From assembly GCF_009914755.1 (NCBI RefSeq), contig NC_060929.1: a DNA stretch of 64,000 bases; one strand, given 5' to 3'. The notes beneath the pieces are model-generated. The model did not search any database. It saw only the letters and a list, made by a program, of their open reading frames with translations, and was not told the origin of the DNA. The stretch is from the human T2T-CHM13v2.0 reference genome, Homo sapiens. Below, piece by piece: positions 13,347-27,330 of this stretch; positions within the stretch are counted from its first letter, which is position 1, and each line of letters begins with the position of its first letter. The translations under genes were made by a program, and so were the position numbers.

Positions 13347-15242
13347 GGTAGAGTTTTATAGGTAGAGGAAAAAATTGTAACCAAAGGCACCAGGTATGGA
13401 ACAGCATGATATTTCTGAAAACTACACATAGTTCTATATTACTCAAGTACAAAGTGCAATGCCGGGCATAATGGGAGATAGCAATGACAAATATGGAAGC
13501 CTGATAATGGAACATCTGGTCGGGATTGCAGATGTTATGGAATGGCATCCCTATGGTGATGGTAAGTCTCAGAAAGGGAATGACACAGTCAGATTTGAAT
13601 TTCAGACAGATGGTAAGAGGATATGGGAAGAGTAAGACTTTTGGCAGCTGGACCACTCAGGAGCTATGTCAGAAATCAAGATAGAGATGAGAAAATGCAC
13701 CTGAACTGGAGGAGTGGAAGGAGGGACAGGGAGGGGCTGAATTGTATGTAGGAAGCCTGGGTGGATGGTCCCACAGCTGAAGAAAAGAGAAGACAGAAGG
13801 ATGGGCTTTCACCTTCCTTGCTGGGAAGAAAAAAGTTTGGAAGGGTTGAGTTGTGGGTGTCTTCTTGTTGGTTAGTTTAAGAACTTAGCCTATGGAAATC
13901 TATTTCATCTTCATAGTTTTCTGAATTTTCCAATTCAGAATTCAAATTTTCTGGGAATTCAAATGACAAAGACACTTAGATTTTGATCCCTATCACCTTA
14001 GGTAATTTATTCAACACACAAAGCATCACAAACAACTCAGCTGTGCTTTGTCAAAACAGAATTCCTCATTTCAAATGCCATTGTGACAATACTTGAACAT
14101 TGGTCAAACTACCAATGAAAAGTTGTCATGGTTTTGATATTATCTCTGGAGGGCAATTAAAAAAAAAAAAACATGGGAGGGCCAACGTACCATAAGGAGA
14201 AGGATGTGGGTCCTTTCAAAGAAGCTGATACAAAAGGCTTTGCCCTAGGTTGGCACTTTATCCTAGAGAACATGGCTACAACCTCCCTTTGATACATTAC
14301 AAATTAATTCCAATGGAAACTGATTTCTGAACAGGAAAATTATGGAACAATGGTATAGATATAAAAGCAAAGCAATGTTGTTGTAGAATAGATGAGCAAA
14401 CATCATCAGCATTTTTAATGCCCTACACAGGGTGAATCTTTTATAAAGAGATTTGTCTCCTAAATAAACTTCATGGTAAGCAACCCAGAAAGTTAAGTTC
14501 CCTTATTAGCCTCTTTTTCTGTTCTTCTCAATGGCCCAGATCTTTTAAAGTGATAAGCAGCAGTTGATAAACAGCAGCTAAGGGAGGACAGGAAATGGGC
14601 AGAATTCAGCTCTAGTGACATAAATCTCCACATGCAAATCCCAATCCTGGATATGTGGCTACAACAGTGCCCCCAAATGACACAGAAAAGCATTTGTCTG
14701 ATTTCTTTATTTAAGTATATTTTTCATGTGTTACCATTATAAACACATAAAAAAGGATTTCATTTCCTACTTGACATATTCATTCCCAATGATTTGCATG
14801 TCCAAGTGAAGATCTGAAAACTCTCCAAACAACCCACAATAACATGAGAGGAGGAAGGAAATGAAGAAGGTAGGGGTTGAGGAGGGGTTCGGGGTTAAGA
14901 GCAATCTGCATTTCTTTTTATGTTCCGTACTTGTTTAACAGGCTATAATCAATATCACTACTGATTTTGTTCCAGCTAAGTTGCAAGCACAGCTGGTTTC
15001 AGCACTAGGAAAACTGACTACCAGATTAAAATATTATGTATAAGTTAATGTAAGAGTGCCTATATTTCTTAGGCATCTCTTAGTTAATGGCATCTGTGTT
15101 TCATTCTTGGTTGCCCATTGCAAATTGCTTCACTTTTCTATATAAGATAGTCCTAATCAGTAAAATGGGAATAATGTAGCCAGCACCATTCTGTGAGTAT
15201 AGGCAGCATCTGATATTAAATTTGACCCCTTTATAAATACCT

Positions 15243-15422
15243 CTAGAGCAAAGGCAAAGTATGGTCCAAGGACCAGTGGCATCAACCTCATCTGGAAATC
15301 TACTAGAAATTCTGAATGACAAGCCCCACATGAGATTTTTGAAATGAATCAGAAATTGCATTTCAACAAGACACTTAAGTAATACTGATGGATCAAGGAC
15401 CACGCTTTGAGTAGCAGTGCCC
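15243..15422. mobile_element. MER5-type hAT MITE
   Basis: caaagtatggtcc...gaatcagaaattgcattt...ggaccacgctttgagtagcagtg. Confidence 0.7.
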
Positions 15423-15736
15423 TAGAACCATGCTGCTGATCTGCAAAGTGTTCCTAGTCCATTACTAGATGAGTACAGAATTTGGGTGTAAGGAATTAAA
15501 ACATTTATAGTCATTTGACCTTGTGGTCACATCCAAAGCACATACACAGTGAAGACTCATCTCCTTCGATAGGAATGGACCCGGGGAGGCTTCAGGCCTG
15601 ATGTGGTCAGTTGGATGTGACACAAGTTGCTATCAGTCATGGACAACAGAACTACACATCGTCATGATGGATTTTTTAAAGGAAATGAAAGAGGGAAAGT
15701 AGCCTATCACAGTGTCTGAAAAGCACTACTCTAGAG

Positions 15737-15948
15737 CATGGGTCAGCAAATTTTTTCTATAAAGGGACAGATAATAAATCTCTTAAGCTCTGTAAGTCAT
15801 AAGGCCTCTGTCACAACCATTCAGCTTCATCACTGTAAAATGGCAATGGGCCATATGTAAGGAAATGTGCATGACTGTGTTTCAATAAAACTTTACTTAT
15901 CAAAATAGGTAGAGGGTCAGATTTGGCCCATGTCCTGTGCTGACTCCT
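15737..15948 (+). mobile_element. MER58A
   Basis: ggtcagcaaattttttctataaagggacagata...aataaaactttacttatcaaaa...gatttggccc. Confidence 0.8.
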
Positions 15949-16285
15949 AATTTAGAGGACCAGCGTTAGCCAAATACAATGCCACCAGAAGATTATGCTG
16001 AATCCACTTGATCCAATACAAACCCTTACCTTTAAGAACTAAGAAGGAGATAACACACCCATCCCCCATCCCCTACTTTTGTCAGTGATTTTCCCTACTT
16101 GCAGTGGCCATAGCAGAAACAGAAGCTTCTCTGCTCCTTGTGTTCCTGTAATAGTGGGAAATCAGCCAGGACGAGGCCAAACACACGTGGACAACCCTCA
16201 GCTACTATCCTAGCAAAACAAGAGGATGAAAAAGGAAATGTCCATAATGGAGAAGGAAAAAAATTAATTCTCCCTTTTTCTAGTT

Positions 16286-16507
16286 CAGGGTTCTGCAAAC
16301 TATGGCCCATAAGTCAAATCCAGCCTGCTGCCTATTTTTGTGAAGAAAGTTTTATTAGAACAAAGCTATACCCATTCATCTATATATCACCCATGGCTAC
16401 TTTTGAGCTAAAGTGGCAGAGTTGGGTAGCCGCAACTGAGACCTTATGGCCTGCAGAGCCTAAAATATTTATTATTTGGGTCTTTACAGAAAAGTTTGCC
16501 ACCTCTG
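16286..16507 (-). mobile_element. MER58A, inverted relative to the 15737 copy
   Basis: gcaaactatggccc...ctttacagaaaagtttgcc. Confidence 0.8.
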
Positions 16508-18984
16508 CTGTCGTTCCTCATGCCATGACTGGTAGCCCCTTGTTCTAGAGAGCTACCAACAAATGGATAAGATGTAGGTTTCTATGTTACCATTAATAGG
16601 ACTGTTGCCAACTGCTTCCACTGGAAAAATCTTCCTCTGCTAAACAAACCGACACAGAAAGGGAGGCTTCTTGCTGAGTTTCTCTCAAGTTTCTTAATGG
16701 CTTTCAAGTTCCTTTTAAGTAGGTTATTTTACTGTTAAAAACTATATAGACAGAGTTACTTATTTATGAGGCAGTCTATTAGTCATGTAAAGGCAGGAAT
16801 AACTTGGTGCCTTTTTACATTAAACTCATACAAAGAATATTAAAAGCCTTGACAAGCTAAAAGCTTGGCAGGGCAGACAACATCAACCTTGCATCTAGAC
16901 CTCTGGAACAGTCCCAAAGTGGGTGAAGGGAGCAGGGAGAACAGTTGCCAAACAAACGGGGTCTCTTTTTTCCCAGAGAATTCAAGACTGTTTTTGTCAA
17001 AGCTTCAAAGAATAGAAAGCATATTAAATACATGGAGCAAACTTCAACAAACAAAACCTTCCGGCCTTTGAATTCATTGTAAGTAACACTCCTAACACGG
17101 CAAGAAAGTAGGCTGTGACGGTTTGGGTGAAAGCAGAAATCCACAAAAAAAGCTCTGTGTAACATGGTGTTAACAAAACACAGTTGTTTCACTTTAGAGA
17201 GTTGGAAAGAAGCAAGTGCTGTATCATTGACCAAATCTTCTGCAGTGGCTCCTTATAAATACTACTAGTGCCACCTTCTGGTCATCTGATTCTATGGCAG
17301 GCCTCCTGTCACAAGGCCTCACTTTCCCCAATCCAGCAAATGATGTGTATTGTACAATCATGGACTCCTACAAAAGAGATCTGCAGGGTTCTCTAGAGGT
17401 CGTTACAGATTACAGACCGCCCAGACCAAGCTGCACTTTTAAGATTTCATATACTTCAAGACAATGGTTTAGCCTCACTGGAAAAACCACGAACATTTCC
17501 ACTCCTAATTCTTGGCTCCAAAAGCTTGAGAACTCTCTGTCAGCAAGAGAAATACAACTATGCAACTGAGATTTCACTCCCTCCCAGCTCTCCTCACATC
17601 CCCAGAGACAGCCAGGCAAAGGGCAAGTCACTGGAGAAGACAAGAAGTAAGTCACTATTTGGAGCCACTTTCCCCAGACAAGGAGGAAAGGAAGCCCAAC
17701 ACCACTCAGAATTTGGACCATGTTTCTTTAGCCAGGATGCCATGCCCGCCCTGGGAGTATTTTGGGGGCCAAAGAATGGTAGGAAAGCTTGTTGCTCTTC
17801 TGTTTTGTAACTCTTGCTGCAGAAATTTGATTAAATAAATAAGCAGAGGAAGCACCCAAAAACTGCTGGGCAAAGCCCTCCTACACAACGCAAGTATACA
17901 ACCGACCTTATTCCTCCCAGAACAGGACCTCTCTATCCTCCCTGTCTTCAGGTTCAGTCTCACACATTGGATCGACAGAAGAGCAGGACTCAGCTGAGAG
18001 GCTTTGAGGAGGAAGACCAGGAAGGGAAGGCTTAAAGCATGACAGGGAGGTACAGCCCAGTGGGAAATACAGAAGGGCCTCAGGGGAAAGGGAGTTTAGC
18101 TTTCTCCACCTTGACAGAAATGCAGTCCTAGCCTCCCTGTGCTAAATCCTTTTGCTTCTGATTTGAAAAACATTCAGCTTCCTGAAAAGAAAAAGCTATC
18201 AGAGGCCTTTTCTTAATCCATCTTGCACATCCTCAGAGTTGATGTCAACAAGCCACAAAGGGAGTTCCTACCAGTCCTCCCTGGGCTGAGTAATGAGGGC
18301 AATGAGACAGGGCTAGTATGGTCCCGGATCCCCAGGGGAGGGAGCGGAAGGATGTTCATGGGGATCCTCTGGGCTCTGTCAGGAAGAGGGAGATCCTCTG
18401 AGGAGACAAGGCATTTGTCTCAACGAAAAATGGTTGTACTGGGGGTAAATGTCATACTTAATTAAGCCAACCAATGATAAAGGAAGCAAGCTGCCATCTC
18501 TTTGGAGTGTTTGAAAAACAGTATTTGGGCTTAGAAGATATTGTTATGATTTATAATTATAGCTTCAATTTATTGACAGACACTGTTTTCTTAAATCAGA
18601 TTGGCATTTGTTACCTCTGTTTTACTGATAATGAAACTCAGAAATGTTCAAGGTCAAAGGGAACAGGGAAAAGAAAACCTAGCACTGTCTCCAAAGCCTG
18701 TACTCTGTCCACTCTGCTCCATGCCCCCCTTCTTTAGAGCAGGTGGTTTTCTCTCACAATATAAAGTCTAAAAATGAGCACCTGTATTGAGTTGTCTGCA
18801 TTTCTGGAACAAAGAACCTGAAACATGGATTTCCACACTGGGAGAATTGCAGAAGTGTTCCTGTGGACAACTGACTCCTGACCTGTAAACTCCCAACTGA
18901 AACGGACCACGGGCTTAGGAGCTGGCTTTAGCAACAGCTCTTCTTGCAGCCAGAATAAAGCCACAGTAGCTATCCTCTGCCAAG

Positions 18985-19315
18985 AGTCTTAGTTCAAGCT
19001 GCATAGATTGGGTGGGTTATAAACAACAGAAATTTATTTCTTGCAGTTCTGGAAGCTAGAAATCTGAGATCAGGGTGCCAGCATGGTGAAGGGCCTCTTC
19101 CAGGTTGCAGACTGCTGACTTCTCATTGTATCCTTACATAGAAGAAACAGGGCAAGAGAGTTACCTGAAGTTCTTTTTATAATGACACTAATCTTGCTCA
19201 TGAGTGCTGTACTCTCATGACCTAATTACCTCCCAAAGTCCCCATCTCCTAATACACTGCAGGTTACAATTTCAATGTGTAATTTTAGGAGGACACAAAT
19301 ATTCAGCCCATTGTA
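18985..19315 (-). mobile_element. MaLR solo LTR (MLT1A-like)
   Basis: ataaacaacagaaatttatttcttgcagttctggaagctagaaatctgagatcagggtgccagcatgg. Confidence 0.8.
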
Positions 19316-20174
19316 CCAAGTTAGCGGGCTGAAAATGCACTGCTCATCTCAGCCCCACACAGTCATCATCTCATTGCCATCTTTTTCTGTGTCCTTCACT
19401 TTTTACCTGGACTTCACTAGGGTGAGAGAAGAGGTCATGATCTATAACAGGTAGTTGTTTTACCCTTGTCCCTGATACACAGTGTTATCAGCCACAGTTT
19501 TTCTACAGCAGACACCAGCAGCTCGATGATCCAGACAGATAAGAAACATCTCCACAGTGACCAGAGAAGACTCCAAAGACAGCACAAACACCCAGACAAT
19601 AACTCATTACCATACACTGGCATCCTTGAGTCTGCCCTCGCTGATACCCATATAGCGCCTTAGGGAGCAGAAAGTGGAGGGGCAAATCCTTGGGAAAAAA
19701 AAAAGAAATATCCTTTTCTTGTAAGAAGTTTGAACCTTGAATTTAAATGAATACTTATCTGAAAGACACTTGAGCTAACCCAACAGAGTCTATTTAAAAA
19801 CCAAAGAGGCCAAGTTATCAAGATACCAAGAACTGACAAGTTTTCGATTGATTTTTTTCTTGCTACTGAATGGAATATGGGATTGAGGACAAAATGAGAG
19901 CACTTATAAGAAATAAAGGATACTACCTTTTTATTTTGCATATTTAAGTTGTAATGTATAAATGTTGTCCGATTTTTACGTGTGTGTTTGTACGCATGTT
20001 TTATGTGAAATAGCTCCTTTTTGACAAGGTCAATCTGGATTTCAGTAAGGCATTTTTTTTTACGTTTCCCATCATGTCTTTGAGGACAAGATGGAGCAAT
20101 GCAGGCCAGTTGGTAAAACACTTATGTGAACTCTCGTGCTGCCTATATTTTGTTCCTCTTTGGACACCAAATTT

Positions 20175-20341
20175 TCAGGGAGACATTAGCAAAGTGGATT
20201 TCCTGTAAGAGAATAACTGGTTTAATGAAGAATCTGGTAATCCGATCGAAGAAGGAATGGATATTTTATCTTGGAAAAATGAAGACTCTGGGTGAAGTAG
20301 GGTAAAGGGTATGCATCCGTGATAAAGTGGAATGAGTATCT
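20175..20341 (-). pseudogene. Pseudo-exon (E)ILIPLYHGCIPFTLLHPESSFFQDKISIPSSIGLPDSSLNQLFSYRKSTLLMSP*; either the last exon or the 5' part of a larger internal exon
   Basis: ttggttgcctcccag|AG, phase 1 matches the 25265 donor; AATAAA on the minus strand at 19930-19935; locally more CpG than the surroundings. Confidence 0.55.
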
Positions 20342-22182
20342 CTGGGAGGCAACCAAGGTTCAAATCATGAATTTTTCTTTACTACAAAATGTCCTCCCCA
20401 TACACTGTATGTATTATAACTCTATGGTTCTCCACAATATCTACAGGGCAGGTGAGCAGTGCAGGCTGCTGGGAGACACAGAGCCAGAGCTAGAGAAAAG
20501 GGGGTAGATAGCAAATGTAGGAAATGTGGGAGAAGAATCAGCAGCCCCAGGGAGGAGTTAATAGTCACAAAGTAAGTCCATATTCCACATATGCTATCTC
20601 TGGTGCAAGTCCAAATGGAAGGCAATAGGGTTCTATCACAAAGAAGTACAGAGAATGTGGCTTCAGAATGGTCAAGTGGGGCAGAGATGGTAAGACAGCC
20701 AAATCTGGTGCAGGGCTGTATCCAGGGAAATCAGTCCAGGAGATGGTGGCAATGGTCATAAACAGGCCCAACCCCTAGATATGAACCCAGAAGGAACACA
20801 GCTGGAAACCAATACCCAGCCATCCTGGTGATAAGGGAGATATCCATATCCCAAACACCGTACTAACAGAGCAAGACAGGGAGAAAGCCCATGAAGAAGG
20901 GGATTAGTCTGCCTCAGGGGAAATACAGAAAGCTGCCCCCTTGCTAGGCCTATTGGACCATGGACTTGCCTGAAATTCCAACTTAGTATGATAATTCCCT
21001 TGACTTAAATGTAAATGGACCTTAAGTCTTTCTTACCATAATGCCTGTAATCTCAGGAAAAATAGTTTATTAAACCATTTCAATGTATTAACACCTTAAT
21101 GAGGCTAAGTTCCAGTAGTGGCACTCATTTCCAGTAGTGGCAGCTAGCTGGGATCCAAGTAGATTAGGAATCTGCTTTGTTTAGCTTAGATGACTGGCTG
21201 GGAGGGCCAAACGAGGGCATTATGCACTGCCTAGGGCGAGAAGACCTTTGCAGGCAGAGCAGAGCAAAAAGGAGCCCAGACTGCTGAGTGGCCTGAGAAT
21301 CCTAGGTATCTGGGAGCCAGGACAGGTGGAGGATGAAGCCCAGGAAACAGGAGATTGGTAACAGAAGGGAATGTGTGAGGGCCCTGAAGGCAAACCTCAT
21401 CTACATGACAGTTCAACTGAGAGCCAGGCCCACCCACTGCTGCTGTATTTCACATCTTTCTGACAACAGCAAAATGCACATGCATTCACTCAGCAAATTT
21501 ATTCGATCATTTGAAAAATTGTTCTTAACAGAATAGCTGAAAGAAACCACTTGTTCATTCATGAAACATAGTCTCCAAGATTAGACAGCTTTTCTTGAGG
21601 TCCTTAAAACTAAAAAGTACACATTTGCCTTTTGCAAAATGCAAGGGCCAAACTCCCTCCACCTATTTTTCATACTCAGGACCCAGAAAGTAACTAGAAA
21701 ATAAGGGGATGGAGGCAGATATCCAGCAAGCCAAACTAAATGCTCCAAAGTCAGTGTATTAAACATATGCACTGGAATTACATGTAAATCACTCAAGTTT
21801 TCCTTATCTTAAAAATATAAAACAACAGGGAAGCCCAGGAATCTCTTCAAATTAGGTATACTGATTGTTTTAAGAAGTAACAGTTATAAGACAAAAATAG
21901 AAAATATCATAAACCAAGTAGAAAGCTAACAACCTAGGGTCTTCGGTACAGAAGGAAAGAGCTCTAGTTGTATCAAAATCTTGAGGACATTGGAAGATTA
22001 AAGTTCACATTTCAGGCTCAGTTATTTAAAAAAGAATGAGATTAAATGATTGTAGGAATACTTACCTCCATTTAAGCCTAACAACCTTTACTATCTGCAT
22101 CCCATATTGGTGCCCTTCTAGTAACTGAAATTATTTGGTGTCTTAGATTGTATCCCTGGACGGGCTAGAGTTAATAAAGTTA

Positions 22183-22493
<311 letters not shown>

Positions 22494-22648
22494 TTAAACA
22501 ATTACTTAACCCAAGTCCTGGACTGATGAGAGGCAAATAAGGTGCTATACTCAGAAAAAAAATAAGGAAAGGTTTAATATGCTATGCAAGTTCAGCTATG
22601 AATAAGACACAAGTATCTCTCAACAAATATGAAGAAAGAGAGTTTGTT

Positions 22649-23023
<375 letters not shown>

Positions 23024-23198
23024 TCACCAAACTGACCTAACTACAACAATCCCTCACTTTGAAGCCAAGGAGTAGAGTGCAGAGTGTGAGAGCACAGAAG
23101 CTCCTGACCAAATCCTGTAGTCAGGACCACTGGGTAAGGGTTTTATTCTAACTCACCTACCAAGACCTGACCCTGACTTAGGTATTTCCCAGAGAGAA

Positions 23199-23550
23199 TG
23201 CTATTGTCTGCATGTTTGTATCCCCTCAAAATTCATATGATGAAATGCTAATCCCCAAGACAATGGTATTAGGAGGTAGGGCCTTCTGGAGGGCAATTAG
23301 GTCATGATGGCAGTCTTCACAAATGGGATTAATGCCCTTAAAAAATGAACCCAAGGGAGCGCATTTATCCTTCCCACCATGTAAGGATACAGTGAAAGGG
23401 AGCGATCTATCAACCAGGAAATGGGCCCATATCCAACACCAAACTTGCTGGCACATTGATCTTGAACTTCCCAGCCTCTAGAACTGTGAGTAATCCATGT
23501 TTGTTGTTTATAAGCCAGCTGGTGTAAGGGATTTTGTCCTTTGACTAAGA
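23199..23550 (+). mobile_element. MaLR solo LTR (MLT1A-like)
   Basis: tgctattgtctgcatgtttgtatcccctcaaaattcatatg...ttcccagcctctagaactgtgag. Confidence 0.8.
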
Positions 23551-24960
23551 GAAGTAACACACACAGGTCTGAAAAGAGCTCATTCCACCCACAGTGGGTT
23601 CATACCAAAGACACACCAGCTCACAGAACACCATTTGTGAAAGGATTGCTGAGATTCCTAGGACTCAGACAGGGAGGAGACTATTTAGTATACTCTATCT
23701 CAATATACATTTTTAGAAAAGCCTGTATGTGGAGAATGTTCAATATATTGGTTTCAAAGGTGTCAACAGGGGAATTTGAAAATGATCAAGTACTGAGAAA
23801 GTACATTTTATTGACCAAGCTAGGCTTTTTACAAAATATTTTTCTCAATAAACTATCATGGAAAACAGGAAAATCATGTTTTAAAATAAGATACATTTTG
23901 GGACACTTGGTAGACATTGATCTTTCTCATTTCCATTATGCTGTCTTATGCCTTTGATTTTCATCTGAGAACTTATCCCTTGCTCTCTTACAGTCCACTG
24001 GATGCTTCAGGTCTCCAGCCCAGCCCCAGGAGAGAAGTCAGTGACCCAGACCTAAGTCAACCAGTGCACAGCATTTCCCCACATCAGAGTCAAGATGAAG
24101 AAGTGGGCATGACCTAAATCAGTTCAACCAGAATTAATCCCACAAGTTTTATAGGATCACCTGGAAAAGAGGCAGAGAGTAGTAAGTCTGTAAGGCTAGA
24201 ACAGCTATAGCAATGCTACTGACCATGGGGAATTTAATCCAGATGAAGCAGAAATGAGAGATGGAGAGAAGAGAGTCCTGGTGATCCCATCTGAGCCCCT
24301 CCATCAAACATCCCTACTTGTATTTTTCACTTTCAACTGCCATTAAATACTCCTTTTGCTAAGCCCATTTTGGTTGGTTTTCTGTTACTAACCACTAAAA
24401 TTACTGGCTATAATGATTTCAGATAAGTCAGATGTTACTATATGGAAATCAATATTTATCAAGCCAATATAAGCGTGTATCAATTAATACTTCTATCCCC
24501 AGATTCTATTTTCCTCTTATACTAAACTTCAGGAATTATGAATTCTTCCTGAACGTAAGACTACTATTTTTTGTAGCTGTAACCTAAAGCACATTGGACT
24601 ATTCCTTCTTGTCTTCTTATAACCCCAAAATAGGAATTATAATTTCTTACTGAAATTTCCCTAAATTTTTTCTCACCAAAATTTAGTTAATTTTTCCCTA
24701 AAATTTCTTTACTATATTTCACTGAAATCTACTATGTAGTATTTTCTCTAGATGAAAACTTTCCCTGAAAATTGCAAGAAGTGAAAACATTGGCTTTGAA
24801 ATGATAGATAATTCATAAACTATTCTTAAGGATTATTCTCAGGAATAATTATTTTGTCTGGCCTACATAACCCTAAATAGTGGTAAAATATACAGTAGTT
24901 TAAAACATGGTTAGGGGCCCAATCTAGAACAAAGAAAAACTGCCTGTGAGTAAAACAGTC

Positions 24961-24981
24961 AAACATGTTTTAGACATGTCT
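24961..24981. promoter_or_regulatory. Consensus p53/p63/p73 response element
   Basis: AAACATGTTT-t-AGACATGTCT: two perfect RRRCWWGYYY half-sites with a 1-nt spacer. Confidence 0.55.
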
Positions 24982-25264
24982 CGCATCCACCAGTGTGAGT
25001 CGAGTGCAAAGGGTTACTGTAAACTGACCAGGTATTAGCAGGTCATCTTCAAACCCACATCAACCCACCTCACCTCAGAGCCAGTTCTAGGACCCTCCAC
25101 GGGTCAGCCTAATTTCCCTTGGCCCAGCCCAAGCTGGCTCTTTCTCTTTGCACAGCAATGCTCACACACCCTGGCCAAAAAAGCTTTCGAAGTATTTCTT
25201 TTTGAATGAGCATAAAGTGCCTATTGAGACCAAGAAAGCCTCCTTATTGTGGGGTTGACCTTAC

Positions 25265-25411
25265 CACTGTGTCCACATTCCCCAGAGGTATGGACAGTAG
25301 CTACAGCTGAGGAAATGTCATTCAGCAGTTTTTTGCGTATGAAATTTGAGAAATTTGCATGATACATGTGGAGCCAATTGTTCATATCTAAGCATATTAG
25401 CTGTTTTTCTC
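25265..25411 (-). pseudogene. Pseudo-exon (G)EKQLICLDMNNWLHMYHANFSNFIRKKLLNDISSAVATVHTSGECGHS, phase 1-1
   Basis: tttttgtgttctcag|GA ... GTG|gtaagg; 147 nt, open (part of ORF 25221..25454). Confidence 0.75.
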
Positions 25412-25802
25412 CTGAGAACACAAAAAAGTTATTGAGAGTGAAAAGAAGTCCCATTGGAGGAGGGGAAACCTGAGGGGCCTCCCTGAGTACTATTCACTGC
25501 AGGCCTCATTTCATTCCCAATGACTTCTGTGGAAGCCAATTTAAAGAAGGTCACAGGTATTTACCTTTCTTCCCTGTCTGTTTCAATCTGTTTTATAGAG
25601 AAGGAGTGAAAATGCCAATGCCAATGCTCATTCTTGAGCCCTTGGTGCATTCGTTCTGCAGATTTTTTTAATACAAGGGTAGACTTTTAAAACAACAAAA
25701 GAAAATGTCATTGGAATAGACTTAAGCTTTACTTTGACTTAAGATAGATTTCATTCCTTGGCTTAGACTGGATTACATTCACCTAGTCCTGTCATTTCTT
25801 AC

Positions 25803-26262
25803 TAAGGGAGGAGACCACCCCTCATAGTGTATTATGCCCAATTTCTGCCTCCAAAGAAAGAAGTAAAAACTAAAAGGCAGAAATGAAATCCACAAGCAGA
25901 CAGCCCGGCACCACACCCTGGGCCTGGTAGTTAAAGATCCACCCCTGACCTAATCGGTTATGTTATCTATAGATTATAGACATTGTATAGAAAAGCACTG
26001 TAAAAATCCCTGTCCTGTTCTGTTCCGTTCTAGTTACCAGTGCATGCAGCCCCCAGTCACGTACCCCCTGCTTGCTCAATCGATCACAACCCTCTCACAC
26101 AGACCCCCTTAGAGTTGTGAGCCCTTAAAAGGGACAAGAATTGCTCACTCAGGGAGCTCGGTTGTTGGAGACATGAGTCTTGCCAAAGCTCCTGGCTGAA
26201 TAAAGCCCTTCCTTCTTTAACTCGGTGTCTGAGGAGTGTTGTCTGCAGCTTGTCCTGCTACA
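25803..26262 (+). mobile_element. Solo LTR2 (HERV-E LTR)
   Basis: TAAGGGAGGAGACCACCCCTCAT...AATAAA...TCCTGCTACA, 460 bp, perfect 4-bp TSD ttac. Confidence 0.9.
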
Positions 26263-26822
26263 TTACAAGTAATGCTCTGTCAGTACAGAGTAGTAGTAGG
26301 CATTTATGGCCTACCACATCCTTAAATATCTCCCACCTCTGGTAGTACTGAAACACTGCTCACATAAAGAGCTACATAGGGGATGAGAAGAAAACAGAAT
26401 TCTGTTTACAAATTCAGGTATTTGATTATTAGGCTAATGTTTGTAAAGTAAGGTATAAAAAATCCAAAAGAGTGGATGTTCCCAAATCCATCTATATTTT
26501 CCCTTTTGTATTTATATGTTTATGTCTGATCATTTACTTCAATTAATGTATATGCTTTCACTCACTAAGTATTAATTAAAATGCTTACTTTATGCCAGGT
26601 ACTGTGCTAGGTGATAAATACACACAAAAAAAATGAAGAAGGAATAACTACCTTCGAAGGCTTAACCCTCTGATAAGGAAAACAAGAGAACAGAAAAAAT
26701 TTTATAAAGTAAGTAAATATCATAGAATTTTGAGGAAAAAAAAGATGTGCATGTATTTAGGTGCATATGTCACCAGAATGGGTCAAACGGCTACCAGACA
26801 AGAAGACTTTCAAGAGCCTTAC

Positions 26823-26859
26823 CTAGGTCCATTTTCATGTACTTGGCCTGGTCTGCTTC
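26823..26859 (-). pseudogene. Pseudo-exon EADQAKYMKMDL(G), phase 0-1
   Basis: tttctgaattttctag|GAA ... TAG|gtaagg; 37 nt, open. Confidence 0.65.
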
Positions 26860-27330
26860 CTAGAAAATTCAGAAATCTGATTTTTTTCTTTCAGCATACT
26901 AAGCATGAATCTACCTGTGGGACATCAACTTATATTAACTGAGCTTATCAACACTAAGGCATAGCCCAGAATTTTAATTTGCCAATTTACAATGAAACAG
27001 CGTTGTCTTGTAGATCATGGACAGAGGAATTGAGATTATATAGCCAGCTCATTCTGCTTCTGAAGACAGATCTACCACATTCTCAATTTTGGTTATACTA
27101 TACACTCAAAAGAGTGTTTAGATTCGTATAGAATCACAATTAGGGTAATTGTTTTAATGCAACACGTGTTTGATGACTTCGGGCTGTAACAACCTGACTA
27201 TCCACCTTCACATTAGAGACACATGCTAAAAATACCTAATTTGTTAAGACAACAGTCACCATAACCCAAGCCAAGGCAAAGGCACACTTTTCCTGCTGAC
27301 CAAACTACATCTTCATTAACTAAATTTTTA

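Noticed and set aside
22066-22124. Open 59-nt exon-like segment (LLEGHQYGMQIVKVVRLKW) with a gtaagt donor
   Set aside because: Its 3' part resembles MIR, and phase 0-2 does not fit the flanking phase-1 junction.
23541-23957. 138-aa plus-strand ORF and a minus-strand exon-like stretch (…TFETNILNILHIQAFLKMY…)
   Set aside because: No clear donor and the phase does not chain with neighbouring exons; left out of the gene model, though it could be a degraded exon.
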